A stretch of 64,000 nt of DNA from Azolla caroliniana (Eukaryota > Plantae > Polypodiophyta), in assembly GCA_043228905.1 (NCBI GenBank), contig JBHGNT010000012.1, positions 9,920,001 through 9,984,000 of the forward strand. The letters are read 5' to 3'. The position numbers were made by a program, and so were the translations under genes. This document shows positions 40,501-51,400 of this stretch, one piece after another. Within the stretch, counting starts at the first letter, position 1; each line of letters starts with the position of its first letter. Under the pieces are notes generated by a model that was given only the letters and a program-made list of their open reading frames with translations, ran no database searches and was not told where the DNA came from.

Positions 40501-41768
40501 ATACGACTTTTTTCTTTGAGTCGACATATTGCATACACCATTCCTTGTCCGTTAGATCTCGATCAGGAAGGTCTTCACCTCCAGTAGCGGCGACAAGTTT
40601 CTTTTGGCTAACATCACTATGTGGCTGAGATTTTGTCTCTTCGTTAAAGAGAAGCTTTTTTCCTCTCTTCATGGTCTCAGGAGCTACCTTGGTCTAGGCT
40701 TCGATTGGAGAACCTTGTATGCGAAGCTTTATTTTCTTCACCGGTCGGTCCGACAGGTTTTCAAACGACCTATTTAAGAAAGTATATGCAAAAACATAAG
40801 TTAGGTAGTCACGTAGATTAAGGTTGTATATTAACATGAAGAACAGTTCCCAGGAGCAGTCCTATATTCAAAAATCTATTATAGGCAGGGCTATTCAACC
40901 TAGAAAATATATATCGTAATAAGTAAAAAGGGTTATATATTCTTTTAAATAGTAGGTATGACTTATATAGATTCCAAACCTATATTGACGAGAATTTGCT
41001 ATCGTAAAGGCAATTTGTGGATCATTTTCTACTATTTTAAGCTAAATACCTATAATTAGAGCATGTTTTTTTTTAAAAGTAAGGAAAGCCAACATAAAAA
41101 GACTGATTTTGCTAGACAATTTGATAACTTTTCCATCCCAAAATTATTTGTTACCCCAAAAATACAATTTTTCTCTCTCAAAGCCTTCTTATATACAGGA
41201 ACTCGATACGGCGTATCGAGTTCGTATTTAAAACCTAAACTTTAAACAGGAACTCGATACAGCGTATCGAGTTCCTGTTTAAAATTCAAACTTTAAACAG
41301 GAACTCGATACGCCGTATCGAGTTCGTGTTTAAAGTGTAGGTTTTAAACACGAACTCGATACGCCGTATCGAGTTCCTGTTTAAAATCCAAACTTTAAAC
41401 ACGAACTCGATACGCCGTATCGAGTTCGTGTTTAAAACCTACACTTTAAACACAAACTCGATACGGCGTATCCAGTTCCCGTTTAAAACCTACACATTAA
41501 ACAGGAACTCGATACGGCGTATCGAGTTCCTGTCTAAAACCTACACTTTAAACATGAACTCAATACGGCGTATCGAGTTCCTGTTTAAAAAGCAAAATTA
41601 AATTATGAACTCGATACGCTGTATCGAGTTCATGTATAAATATTTGTATTGTATACATGAACTCGATACGGCGTATCGAGTTCTTGAGAAACGAAACATA
41701 TTTACAAAAATGTCCACAGTGTCAGAGGCCTACCTGGAGTCCTCGCGCTCGATTCTCTTTGAAGACAT
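37544..41768 (-). pseudogene. Six-exon gene for a ~974-aa ParB-like + beta-class N6A/N4C DNA methyltransferase; this copy is disrupted. Exons 41768-41734, 40769-39132, 39055-38917, 38833-38367, 38278-37986, 37896-37544
   Basis: GT-AG introns join the exons in frame (one acceptor reads GG). ParB-like YFVIGGSHSTEA..L..EEAKLLAWDHN; MTase CGDVIDLI, IADIPYG (motif IV), AWIK, PYQKPQRLM..LIEMFS.EGDWILDLFSGTGTTSACA..RNTVALEKD (motif I). In-frame stops at 40696-40694 and 39388-39386. Confidence 0.88.
41199..41683. repeat. Array of ten palindromes GAACTCGATAC-N3-GTATCGAGTTC at a 51-bp period
   Basis: Cores start at 41199, 41250, 41301, 41352, 41403, 41454, 41505, 41556, 41607 and 41659; the dyad often extends with TTTAAACA/TGTTTAAA. 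Confidence 0.95.
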
Positions 41769-41865
41769 GTTTGATCGTGTGGAAGTGGAGGCGGAGATCG
41801 CGCTTTCGTGCTCTCTACGTTCTGTGTGCTCTGTACGCTCTGGTGAGTGAAATATGACGAGGTCT

Positions 41866-41876
41866 TCCTATTTATA
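41866..41876 (-). promoter_or_regulatory. Putative TATA box of the methyltransferase gene
   Basis: Minus-strand TATAAATAGG about 100 bp upstream of the inferred ATG at 41768; several CCAAT motifs at 42100-42275 in the divergent spacer. Confidence 0.45.
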
Positions 41877-42577
41877 GGGATTGAACACATTGGTTAAAGT
41901 AACCATAGTCACCTTAACCAAGGTTGGTAACTTTGAGGATAGTTAGTTGGTAACCATAGTCACATTAACTAGAGAAACTTATGATTGTATTAATGATTAC
42001 AAAGTCAAACTACCATATTGATCAATCTTTTATAGTCATAACAACCTACAATGACTTCAAAGGTTATGAATGAGACAATGATAGAGGTTCATGAATGTAC
42101 CAATGATTGATTACTAAAACCAACAATTTTTATGACTCTCAAATGTTGTGTATTAAAGATGTGGGCATAAATTAACCAATGATTGATAAGTCTAATATTT
42201 AAAATGGTGAGCATTAAAGAACCAATGAGTGAGACGTTCTATATCGAAATGGGTGCCATTAATTAGCCAATGATTTTAACATTAATCCAACATATTCATG
42301 GCTTGTTAATGATTAGTTTTATATTTTACTTGATTTAACTTTATATAGATCTAGTTTATATAATAATTGATATTTTAAGTACAATTACTTTATTAAAAAT
42401 AATTTTTTGATGTATTGTATTAATAGAATATTACATAGTATAGACATTCTATTGATTTGGCTTTTGTTTAGAGAGAAGTTTATGTTTAGAGAGGAGTATA
42501 TGTTTAGAGAGGAGCTTATTAGTTTTTTTCTTTCCCCTAAGCCCATAACTTAGAGAGCCCTATCTAGACCTTAAGCC

Positions 42578-45358
42578 ATGAGTGAAGATTCACCGTTCTC
42601 GATTGAAGAATATTGTTTGTCATTAGACCCATCGTTTTCTACTGAAGAGTATTGTTTGTCATCAGAGTCACCATATTCGATTGAAGAATATTGTCTGTCG
42701 ACCGACTCACCATATTCTATCGAAGAATATTGTCTGAGCTCATCTACAAGGAATGTACATAATGACACATGTGAAGAGTTCTCTATTGAAGAATACGATA
42801 TTAATAAAGATACCGAGAATGAAGGAAGTGCCCAGGAAACATTGAATAACATTGGCGATGGTCACATCAAAGAATTAGACTGTAACAATGTTACACCAAC
42901 CTCTATGCATGAAGAGAAATCTGGGAGCCCTATGCATATTAGAAGAATCCCACGAAGAATTCGTCTAGCTAGATTTAGCTTGGTGACATCAGATAAACAG
43001 ATTGGATTTGATGTCAACAAAATATGTTGTGCCCGTGGTTGTATGTCTATGATTGGAAAATCAAAGTTGCGAGAATTAAGGCGATACTATTTTTCGATGA
43101 CCGGTGACGAGCAAGACACTTACCTCGGGTCACATATGCAACTAGTATCTGACAAATGTACGGGGATCAAAGTATCATTCGAGTATTATATCTTCCATGC
43201 GCAACAGATATGTAGAGTTGCATTCAAAATTGTGTTATGTGTTAGTAACATGCGGCTACATAGAGTACAACAACGTCTACTTAGCGGGGATCAGATGCTC
43301 AATTGTAAAGAGGTTCCAAGTATGAAAGGTGCAATTGGAAGACTAGCTATTGGCTGGATGAAAACTTACTTTCAGTTAAATTGTGAAGTAATGCCCACTA
43401 CAGGTAGGATGCATCTTTCTGATAATTATACACGTCGGGAAGTTTATGATGTCTATCGATCTGATATGCTGGGCTCACGTAATAAGTCGATCACATATAG
43501 CCAATTCACAAGATTATGGAGAGCTCGGTTTTCAAATGTTATTATTCCTCGTAAAGTACATATGGGGTATTGCTCCATTTGTGCAAATCTTAAAAGTTTG
43601 GCTAAAGGTGCAAAGACATCAATGGAAAAGGATACGAGTAAGAAGTTACTACAAGAGCATCGTGAGGCACAATCCTTAGAACGAAGGAAGGCGATGCATC
43701 ATAGAGAGAAGTGTTTGAAGAGGCCCGAACAATACATGTGCTTAATGATAGATGGCATGGACCAGAAGAAGACATGCTTGCCGCATATGCGGAGGCTCCC
43801 CAAAGATGTCAATGATGAGTGCCTTGTTCAAATGCACTTGGTGGGATGCTTGGCTTATAATAGGTCTGTTCGACCTCACGTCTTCATTACTTACCCCAAT
43901 GTTCACAATGACCCTAACCTAACAGTTACAGTGATTCACCGAGTTTTGATGTCTTGGGGACAACCTCTCCCCCCTGTTCTATGCATTCAATTGGACAATA
44001 CTGCTAGAGAGAACAAAAATTCAACTGTATTTGGCTATCTAAGTATGTTGGTCAACCTAGAATTGTTTAGGAAAGTGAAAGTCAATTTCCTTTTGGTTGG
44101 CCACACACATGACCATATAGATCAGATGTTTAGCACATTCTCCAGACAGTTGTCTCGGCATGATGCTTTCACTTTACCTAAACTATTTGATGTCATTTGT
44201 GATGCTTATACACCACGCCCAAAAGTGTTACACTTGAAGGAGGTATATGACTTTAAGAGATATATATTAGATGGGGGTGGTGGGAATGTTAAAGTGCTTG
44301 CTCAGTTAAACAATATAAGTTTCAATCACATTTTTTTGATAAAGAAAAATGGAATAAGTGGTTCTACACTTTTGTATGCCAAACAATATTCATCTTCTAC
44401 AACATGGGAACCTGAACGTGGTTGCCAGTTATTACTTTGTATGCCGAGTACAATTGTCCATGGAGCTAAGCAAATGCCAATTGAGAAGAAAGGACAGTTG
44501 CAGAGCGACTTGGTATCAGAACAAAAACGGTCATGGCTCCAAGCCTTAGAAGAAAAAAGAAAGCATATTGAGGCCGCCAAGAAATATGCCGCACAACAAG
44601 ACACATCATGGTGGGATGTATTTTATAGTGATCAGAAAGAAATTATAGACAATTGTGTATCTGTTGATAATTGGAATTTGGAAACGCCATTCACATGGTC
44701 GTTGCAACATGATCGCGTAAATAGAAGTCCGGAGCAACTAGTAAATGCGATTAATGACAGCTTGGTCCATCCACAACAAAGAGACATTTATGTGGGACCA
44801 AGGATGACCAAAGCAGCCAAAGCTAGATGGCAAGGAAATTTGCAAGAGCTCACCGCGGGGATGTTGATTGCAACGCCGGCTGATGAGAACTCACATGGCC
44901 ACCAATTTTGGGTTGGTAAAATTCTAGAAGTGCTAATGCATGAAATAGAAAACACGATCAAGTCTATAAATGTTCATTGGTACAACACTAGAAGTGCAAA
45001 TGCTTTTACAGGTAAGTATACATTGGAGATGATTGAATGCCAAACAAGAAGGGGAGGTAGGAAGAGGAAGCGAAACATTCGTAACACCTCGACCCTTGAT
45101 ATCTCTGATGTGGATATCATCGTGTACGACTTCACACTTACAAAAGCCGGACGATTAAGGAAGTCAACAATAGATATAATAAAAGAAAAATTACCAGGTC
45201 TACAAGGTGGCTCGAGTCAAAGGCAAACGAGATCTGCTACATATAATCTAGAGTCAAACCATTTGGTTTATGACGAAGATAATGCACTGATTGGTACATC
45301 CGAGGATGATGAGGAGGAATCGTCATTGTATATTAGTTATAGTAGTGATTCTCCGTAA
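42578..45358 (+). CDS. Sola-like DDD transposase, 926 aa, uninterrupted
   Basis: IDGMDQKK, QLDNTARENKN and FLLVGHTHDHIDQMFS motifs; CCxxxC and CxxC Zn-binding motifs; located between the TIRs. Confidence 0.85.
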   Translation: MSEDSPFSIEEYCLSLDPSFSTEEYCLSSESPYSIEEYCLSTDSPYSIEEYCLSSSTRNVHNDTCEEFSIEEYDINKDTENEGSAQETLNNIGDGHIKELDCNNVTPTSMHEEKSGSPMHIRRIPRRIRLARFSLVTSDKQIGFDVNKICCARGCMSMIGKSKLRELRRYYFSMTGDEQDTYLGSHMQLVSDKCTGIKVSFEYYIFHAQQICRVAFKIVLCVSNMRLHRVQQRLLSGDQMLNCKEVPSMKGAIGRLAIGWMKTYFQLNCEVMPTTGRMHLSDNYTRREVYDVYRSDMLGSRNKSITYSQFTRLWRARFSNVIIPRKVHMGYCSICANLKSLAKGAKTSMEKDTSKKLLQEHREAQSLERRKAMHHREKCLKRPEQYMCLMIDGMDQKKTCLPHMRRLPKDVNDECLVQMHLVGCLAYNRSVRPHVFITYPNVHNDPNLTVTVIHRVLMSWGQPLPPVLCIQLDNTARENKNSTVFGYLSMLVNLELFRKVKVNFLLVGHTHDHIDQMFSTFSRQLSRHDAFTLPKLFDVICDAYTPRPKVLHLKEVYDFKRYILDGGGGNVKVLAQLNNISFNHIFLIKKNGISGSTLLYAKQYSSSTTWEPERGCQLLLCMPSTIVHGAKQMPIEKKGQLQSDLVSEQKRSWLQALEEKRKHIEAAKKYAAQQDTSWWDVFYSDQKEIIDNCVSVDNWNLETPFTWSLQHDRVNRSPEQLVNAINDSLVHPQQRDIYVGPRMTKAAKARWQGNLQELTAGMLIATPADENSHGHQFWVGKILEVLMHEIENTIKSINVHWYNTRSANAFTGKYTLEMIECQTRRGGRKRKRNIRNTSTLDISDVDIIVYDFTLTKAGRLRKSTIDIIKEKLPGLQGGSSQRQTRSATYNLESNHLVYDEDNALIGTSEDDEEESSLYISYSSDSP

Positions 45359-45716
45359 AGGAGTGATCATGAATGTATATTTGGCTATTAAGTGTAACTA
45401 CATTCCGCTTGTAACAAATCGAGTAATATAAAATCATGTGTTTTGAATTCTTATGATTTCTAAAAAATTGTTTCTTATAAAATAACATTGGTTGTGAAGT
45501 TTGTGATATAAATTGAGAATGTATCTTTTTGAAATTCGTCTTTTTTTAGTTACTTCTAAATCACGAAAATAGTGGATTTTTAACCTTTTTCATAGTATGT
45601 TTGAACATGTATGATACTGGTATCAATGTGTTTTGTAAAATCATTGAAAAACCCCTAAAATTTCTCTTATCCTTCCATTTATGCGCGATCCTTCCACTTG
45701 TGAACGCGAACGTGTT

Positions 45717-48228
45717 TTTCCTTTGTCCATCTTTGGGCTAGGCCGTGATGTGCTTTGATCGCTCAAAGGCTCTTGTGGTCCGCTCAGTCGGGTCGTGATC
45801 GGACTTTCTTCGATCATGCGCGTAGGGTGATCTTCATCCTCGATCTCTTGTTCAGCAAATTCCGGCAAGTGGAGGCGAAGTTGTCTCTGGTGCGTACCAG
45901 GATGCAGACTCGTCAAAAACGACGTCTCGACTTACTCCAGATTTTTGAGTTGAGGGGTTGTAGCACTTGTACCCCTTTTGCTCCAGTGAGTATCCTACGA
46001 GGATACATTTCTCCAACTTCGGGTCAAGCTTTGGACGCTTCTCGTCAGGGATGTGCACGTATGCAATGGAGCCAAATATCCGAACATGTGATAGGTTCGT
46101 CTTCTTTCCAAAGAATCTTTCGTGCGGAGTGACCTCGTGCACGCTGGATGTTGTGCACCGGTTCATTAGGTAGACGGCCGTATTTGCCACTTCGGCCCAA
46201 TATGACTTGGGCATATGCTTCTCGTTCATCATGGCCCGCGCTACCTCGAGGATGTGCCGATTTTTGCGCTCGGCTACTCCGTTTTGTTGCGGAGTGTGTC
46301 AGCAAGTGAATTCTCGTCGAATTCCTTCCTTTCGGAGATACGTTGTGAAATCGTCCGAGAAGTACTCCTTACCGCCATCCGATCGAAGGCATCATACATG
46401 TCAACCCGTGGCTTTCTCGACTTCATTCTTGAAATTTTGGAAGTGTCCGAACACTTCGCTCTTTTGCCGCATCGGGTAGATGCCTCAAAAAGTCGTCGAT
46501 GAAGAGCACATAATACCGGCATCCGCCGAATGTCGCCGTTTGGGCCGGACCCCATACATCGGAATGAATTACGTCGTGTACGCCTTTGCTCACATTCCGC
46601 TCCTTCGGGAATGGGTGTCGGTGTTGCTTGCCGAATTGGCACGCTTCACATACACCTTCAATCTCCTTCTCTTTGAATGTCGGGAGTCCGATGACGACTC
46701 CTTTCGACTTCATTGCTTTGAGTTTGTTGAGATTGATGTGGCCGATTCGTTTATGCCATAGCTCTATGTCGGAGTCGGCTTTCGTGCTTTTCGCGAACAT
46801 GGCGGATTTCATCTCATGCGAATCGAGAATGAACATCCGGCCCTCTCTTCTTCTGCGTGCGATGATTCGGTCTTCTTTTTCGATGAAGCACCCTTCTTGG
46901 TCGAATCGTACTTGCATCCCTTGCTCAACCATTTGGCCAACCAAGACCAAATTCTTTGTGATGGTGGGTACATGCAAGACATTTTTAATGTATGTTTGCT
47001 TACCTCTTTCGCCGAACGGAACATTGCCGATGTGCCGAATCGGGTGCGTAGTGTCATCTCCGGTTTCGACATAACCGGGTCGCTCCGGCTCTCGAAGTTT
47101 GAGAAATCATTCTTTGTGGGATGTCATATGGTTTGAGGCTCCGGAGTCAACAAACGATACGTCCTCCGGATTGAGGGCACTAGTTGAGGTAGAGGCCGAC
47201 ATAGAGTTTGCTCTATGTTTCATCATGAACATTCCACCACGGTCGGAGTTGTATGCGTACATTCCGCCACGATCCTCGTAGTCGGAGTTGTGCCCGTACA
47301 TTCCGCTATACTCTTCGTAGTCAGAATTGTGCGCGTAATTCGTGAGTTGTCGGCTTGTGGAAGCCGATTCACGCATCTTCTTTCGGCACTCTTCTTCGTG
47401 GTGGCCGAGCTTTCCGCAATATCTATATTCGGTTGTGTTTTGACGGCTCGGGCCGGAGTGGAAGCTCCCCCTTCTTGTGAAGGTTCCTCGTTGGCCTCCA
47501 TTTTGCGGCCGAAATTGGGAGTTGTTGTCGTAGGTCGGACCACGTCCGCCTTGTCCTTGGCCGAATCGGCCTCTCACTCGTCCGCGTCCACGTCCTCTTC
47601 CTCCATTAGAGTGCATGTAGAGCATGTGGCCTTCCGACTCATTGCTCCTTGTACGCACGTGGTTTTCTTCGACCAATAGCATTGATTGGAGCTCGAAGAA
47701 GGAGGGAGATTTCTCCCGTGCTAGAACGGCGGTTCACATCGCACCGAACCGTGGTGCAAGGCCGCCGAGGCATATTTGCACCATCTCATCATCATCTATA
47801 CTTACACTTATTGAGCCAAGCGAGTCGCAAAGCTCCTTGATCTTCAAGGTGTATGTCGTGATGGACATGTCCCTTTGTTGAATGTTGTTCAACTCTTGGC
47901 AGAGTTGAAGCTTCCTCGCGGTCGTGTTGGCGGGGAAAATCTTTCGTAGATTTTCCCACACTTCCTTTGGCGTCTTGGCTTCTCGAATGTAACCGAGCAT
48001 GTGGTCGTGAACACATGTCGCCAAACAATACATCATGCGGCTTGCGGCTTGCTCCCATGTCACGTATCCGAGAGCCGCTTCGGCGGGTCGGTCTTCATGC
48101 GCTCCTTTGATGTAGCTCCAATAGCCTTGTTCGACAAGGTATTGGTGCATCTTGTACTCCCAAGATGTGAAGTTGTTTCGATCCAACTTCTCGGTTGGGA
48201 GAGCGCTCCCCATTTGAGTATTCATTAT
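45717..48228 (-). pseudogene. C2 copia gag-protease-integrase (disrupted)
   Basis: EKLDRNNFTSW, CGKLGHHEEEC, DSGASNHM, WHKRIGH..CEAC, HSDVWGP, KCILVGYS; frameshifted. Confidence 0.93.
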
Positions 48229-48441
48229 GTCGATTCTTCTTCTTCTTCTTCTCTCTTCGAATGCGAGGTATGTAGCGAAGCTACGATAGCGATGAGCCGG
48301 TTCTTGGTCGTCGGCGTAGAGCACAACACACGATCACGATGAGGCGAATGGGCTAGATCGAGCTACCAACCTTGCTCTGATACCATGTAAAGAATCAAGA
48401 GATGGATTCTTGTGAAGCGGAATAGGTGTGAATTTTGTGTG

Positions 48442-48480
<39 letters not shown>

Positions 48481-51400
48481 AGGAGTATACGCAAGGTAGA
48501 TTGTATTAACAAAGGAGAAAGATACCACATAATACAAGGTGGGAGGAGGGTGCTTTATGTAGTCACCCTCTCTCTTCATTAACTACAAGGCTCATGGAGA
48601 ATGGGGAATGTGAAAGCTCATAAGTTATGTGTCATAGAATATGATTCTATGACTCATACTAAATGCTAGAATATAAAGTGGTGACATAATGGTGACTCTT
48701 GACCGTTGGAGTGTCTCTTCACTCTCAAGGTGAGTTCACACACTAGACCAAGTTGAGCTTGATTCTCAACAAGCGCCTCTTCAAATGCCTCCCACGTTGG
48801 ATTTTGTTGTCGTATCCTGTGGATACTCCCTTGAAGCCCGTCGGTCGCCACCCGATTAAAGGATTTCACTTGTAGTCCTTCCAAAATCCTGCACCGTAGC
48901 ATTTCCGCCTTGTAATCTCGCAAATATGGCGACACGTCTTTCCCGTTGAATTGCCCGTTCTATTGCACGAGCCGCTCTACTGCCGCCGCAAACTCCGACA
49001 TCACGCGTTGTTCTTGTAGCATCAGCTCAAACATCACCATCATGTTGTTAGCCCCCGGTTGATTTTCCATCTCCTTGCCACCCGGTTTCACGTCGGGTTC
49101 ACCACTTGTGTCGTGTCTTTCGGCTCTGGATCGTTGCGTGAGTCGGGTGGGAACCATTGAGGTTTTGGACTAGGAGAAAGAACAATACAATATAAGGCTA
49201 GTTATAAATAGGTAGAAAGAGAAGTAAGAAATAAAATTTGTGAATCCCACGTTTTTAGTGTATTTAATCAATATTTAGATTGTAAGAAAGAGAATTTTGA
49301 TGATAAACTTGTGAATCTCACAAGTATATTAGATTGATCAATCCTTGTAAAATAATCATCAACATCATACATCTTTCTCTCCTCCTTATATAAGGATGGA
49401 AGAGGCTGAGCATAGCTTCATGCTTTTTCTAAAGTGTTCATGCACACTAAATGTGCATGAGTTGCTTTTTACAGTATGCTTTGATTTCCTAAATATAGTG
49501 CTCATGCTCGCTAGATGTGCACGAGTAATTTTTTATTGGTGTAGATTTTTCTTATAAATAAAGTATTCACGCATTCTAAAAATGCATGACTTACCTTTTA
49601 ATAAAGGTAGGCGTAAATAAAGGTCTTATATTATTAAATCTATATTTAAAACACTTAGGATAAGTTAGTACAATGGTAAGGTTGGGGTTTGTCTATGTGG
49701 AGGTACAAGGTCCAAATGTCCTATGCATGTAACAACCTTTTTTCTATTTACAAATTTGTCTCTTCATCCGGTGAGAGACTCTCACTGGCATTCTTTATCC
49801 GACATGTAACAACCTTTTTTTCTATTTACAAATTTGTCTCTTCATCCGGTGAGAGACTCTCACCGGCATTCTTTATCCGGCTCTTGCCGGTTCTGCTTGA
49901 CCCAGTTCTTACCAGGTCCCCCTTACTGATCCTCTTTGTCCATTTCTCACCGACTCTCATCGGCCTTCTTCATCCGGCTCTTGCCGGTTTACTTCGTCTG
50001 GTTCTCACCGGGTACTCTTCATCCGGTTCTTACCGACTCTTATCCGCCTTCTTCATCCAGCTCTTGCCAGGTTTGCTTCGTCCCATCTGGAGGATGTGCG
50101 ATTTACACTACGACAATGGTATCTCCATACATGGTGCAAACGGAAGAGGCCAGGGAGGAACCGGATAAGGATGCACTCCAGGAACTACGGCAAGCACAGG
50201 AGGCCTTGGAACGGGAAATGTCGGTATCCCAATGAGTAAAGGCGTCCCAACTAGAAGAAGTAAATTTGGGCACCGGAAAGGAAGCGCGTCCGGTACACGT
50301 GGCTAAGGAGATGTCACCAGAAGACAAATTGGCAACAATAACATTATTAAAAGAATTCCGGGACGTATTCGCCTGGTCCTACGAAGATATGCGGGGACTT
50401 GATACCCAACTCTATCAACACCAGATTCACCTCAGCAAGGACGGTAAGCCGATGGCACAACGTCGCTATCGGATGAACCCAAACTACACGACAATAGTAA
50501 GGGAGGAAATTGACAAGCTGCTCTGAGTTGGCTTTATCCGGCCGGTGAAGAAAGCCACTTGGCTAAGTCCAATTGTCGTAGTGCCGAAGAAGAACGGCAT
50601 GATCCATGTTTGCGTGGATTACCGGAAATTAAACGTGGCAACAGTTACCGACGCATTTTCGCTTCCGTTTACGGATGGAGTTTTAGATGCGGTAGTTGGG
50701 CACGAGGTTTATACCTTTCTCGATGGTTTCAGTGGATATAACCCAATAAGGATGCACCTGGATGATCAAGAAAAGACGACGTTCGTGACAGAATGGGGAG
50801 TCTTTGTAGAAGTAGTAATGATGTTCAGACTCAAGACAACGCCGACAACCTTTCAGAGGATTATTGTGGAAGTATTTGGAGAATTCATACCGGCGTTTAT
50901 GTAGGTATTTATGCAAGGATACCGGTTAAGCTTAAACCCGGCAAGGTGTTTCTTCGGTGTGACCAGCGGCACATTGTTGGGTCATATTGTTAGCAAGGAC
51001 GGGATTGTCGTGGACCCGAATAAGGTCAAGGCTATTTTGCAAGCGCTGGCACCAACGACCGCGAAGGCTTTAAGCCGGTTCTTAGGACAGATCCAGCGGC
51101 ATAGCCAGATGCTCCGGTACATGGCAGACCTCACCACAACACTACACGCATTTGTACACCGGACACCGTTTAATTGGACGGATGAAGAGGACAAGGCTTA
51201 CCATGCACTCAAGGTAATGATATCACAAGCACTAGTGATACAACCCCTGGACTGGTCAAAAGAGTTCCATGTCTTCGTGGACGCGTCGAATATCGCAATC
51301 GGCAGCGTACTCATGCAACTTACCGAACCGAAGTGGTACCGGCCGGTGTACTACGCTAGCCGGAAGTTGTCAAACGCAGAGCGGAATTATTCCACTACGG

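Larger units (their letters stand above)
36495..45716. mobile_element. 9.2-kb TIR DNA transposon (Sola-like) carrying a transposase and a ParB-DNA methyltransferase gene
   Basis: TIRs AACACGTTCGCGTTCACAAGTGGAAGGAT(T/C)GCGCAT at 36495-36530 and 45681-45716 (35/36 identical). Flanks TTGC/TTTC form an imperfect 4-bp TSD. Removing the element restores the copia frame MDKGKAKMAEY. Confidence 0.92.
27097..48771 (-). mobile_element. Ty1/copia element C2 (LTRs 27097-27462 and 48386-48771, TSD AGCGC), host of G1b and the DNA transposon
   Basis: Near-identical LTRs differing mainly in (GA)n length; AGCGC flanks; PBS TGGTATCAGAGC; PPT GAGGGGGCG. Confidence 0.93.
22477..50115 (-). mobile_element. Degenerate Ty3/gypsy element 'M' (related to Y). 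5' LTR ~49159-50115, truncated 3' LTR 22477-22917, gag 49157-48772 and 27096-26855, RH-INT 25453-23122
   Basis: 22477-22917 repeats 49590-50115; minus-strand PPT GGACGGGGCGAG|TGTCG. Proteins are homologous to Y (WAGHRGTWATF, LAREDLTNQVEGRAL). The gag frame rejoins across the AGCGC TSD of C2. Confidence 0.8.

Noticed and set aside
41199-41683. CRISPR array
   Set aside because: Linkers are only about 8 bp outside the extended dyad and resemble each other rather than being unique spacers; no cas genes; eukaryotic intron context.
36497-45714. CACTA/EnSpm element (CACG..CGTG ends)
   Set aside because: The TIR extends to AACACG with a 4-bp TSD, and the transposase motifs are not TnpD-like.
36495-45716. 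Bacterial contamination or restriction-modification locus
   Set aside because: The gene has spliceosomal introns, there is no endonuclease partner, and the element is cleanly inserted with TIRs and TSD into a plant copia.
47235-47340. Novel repeat protein
   Set aside because: Short tandem duplications (YxHNSDYE..GM) in the variable gag-protease linker of copia C2.
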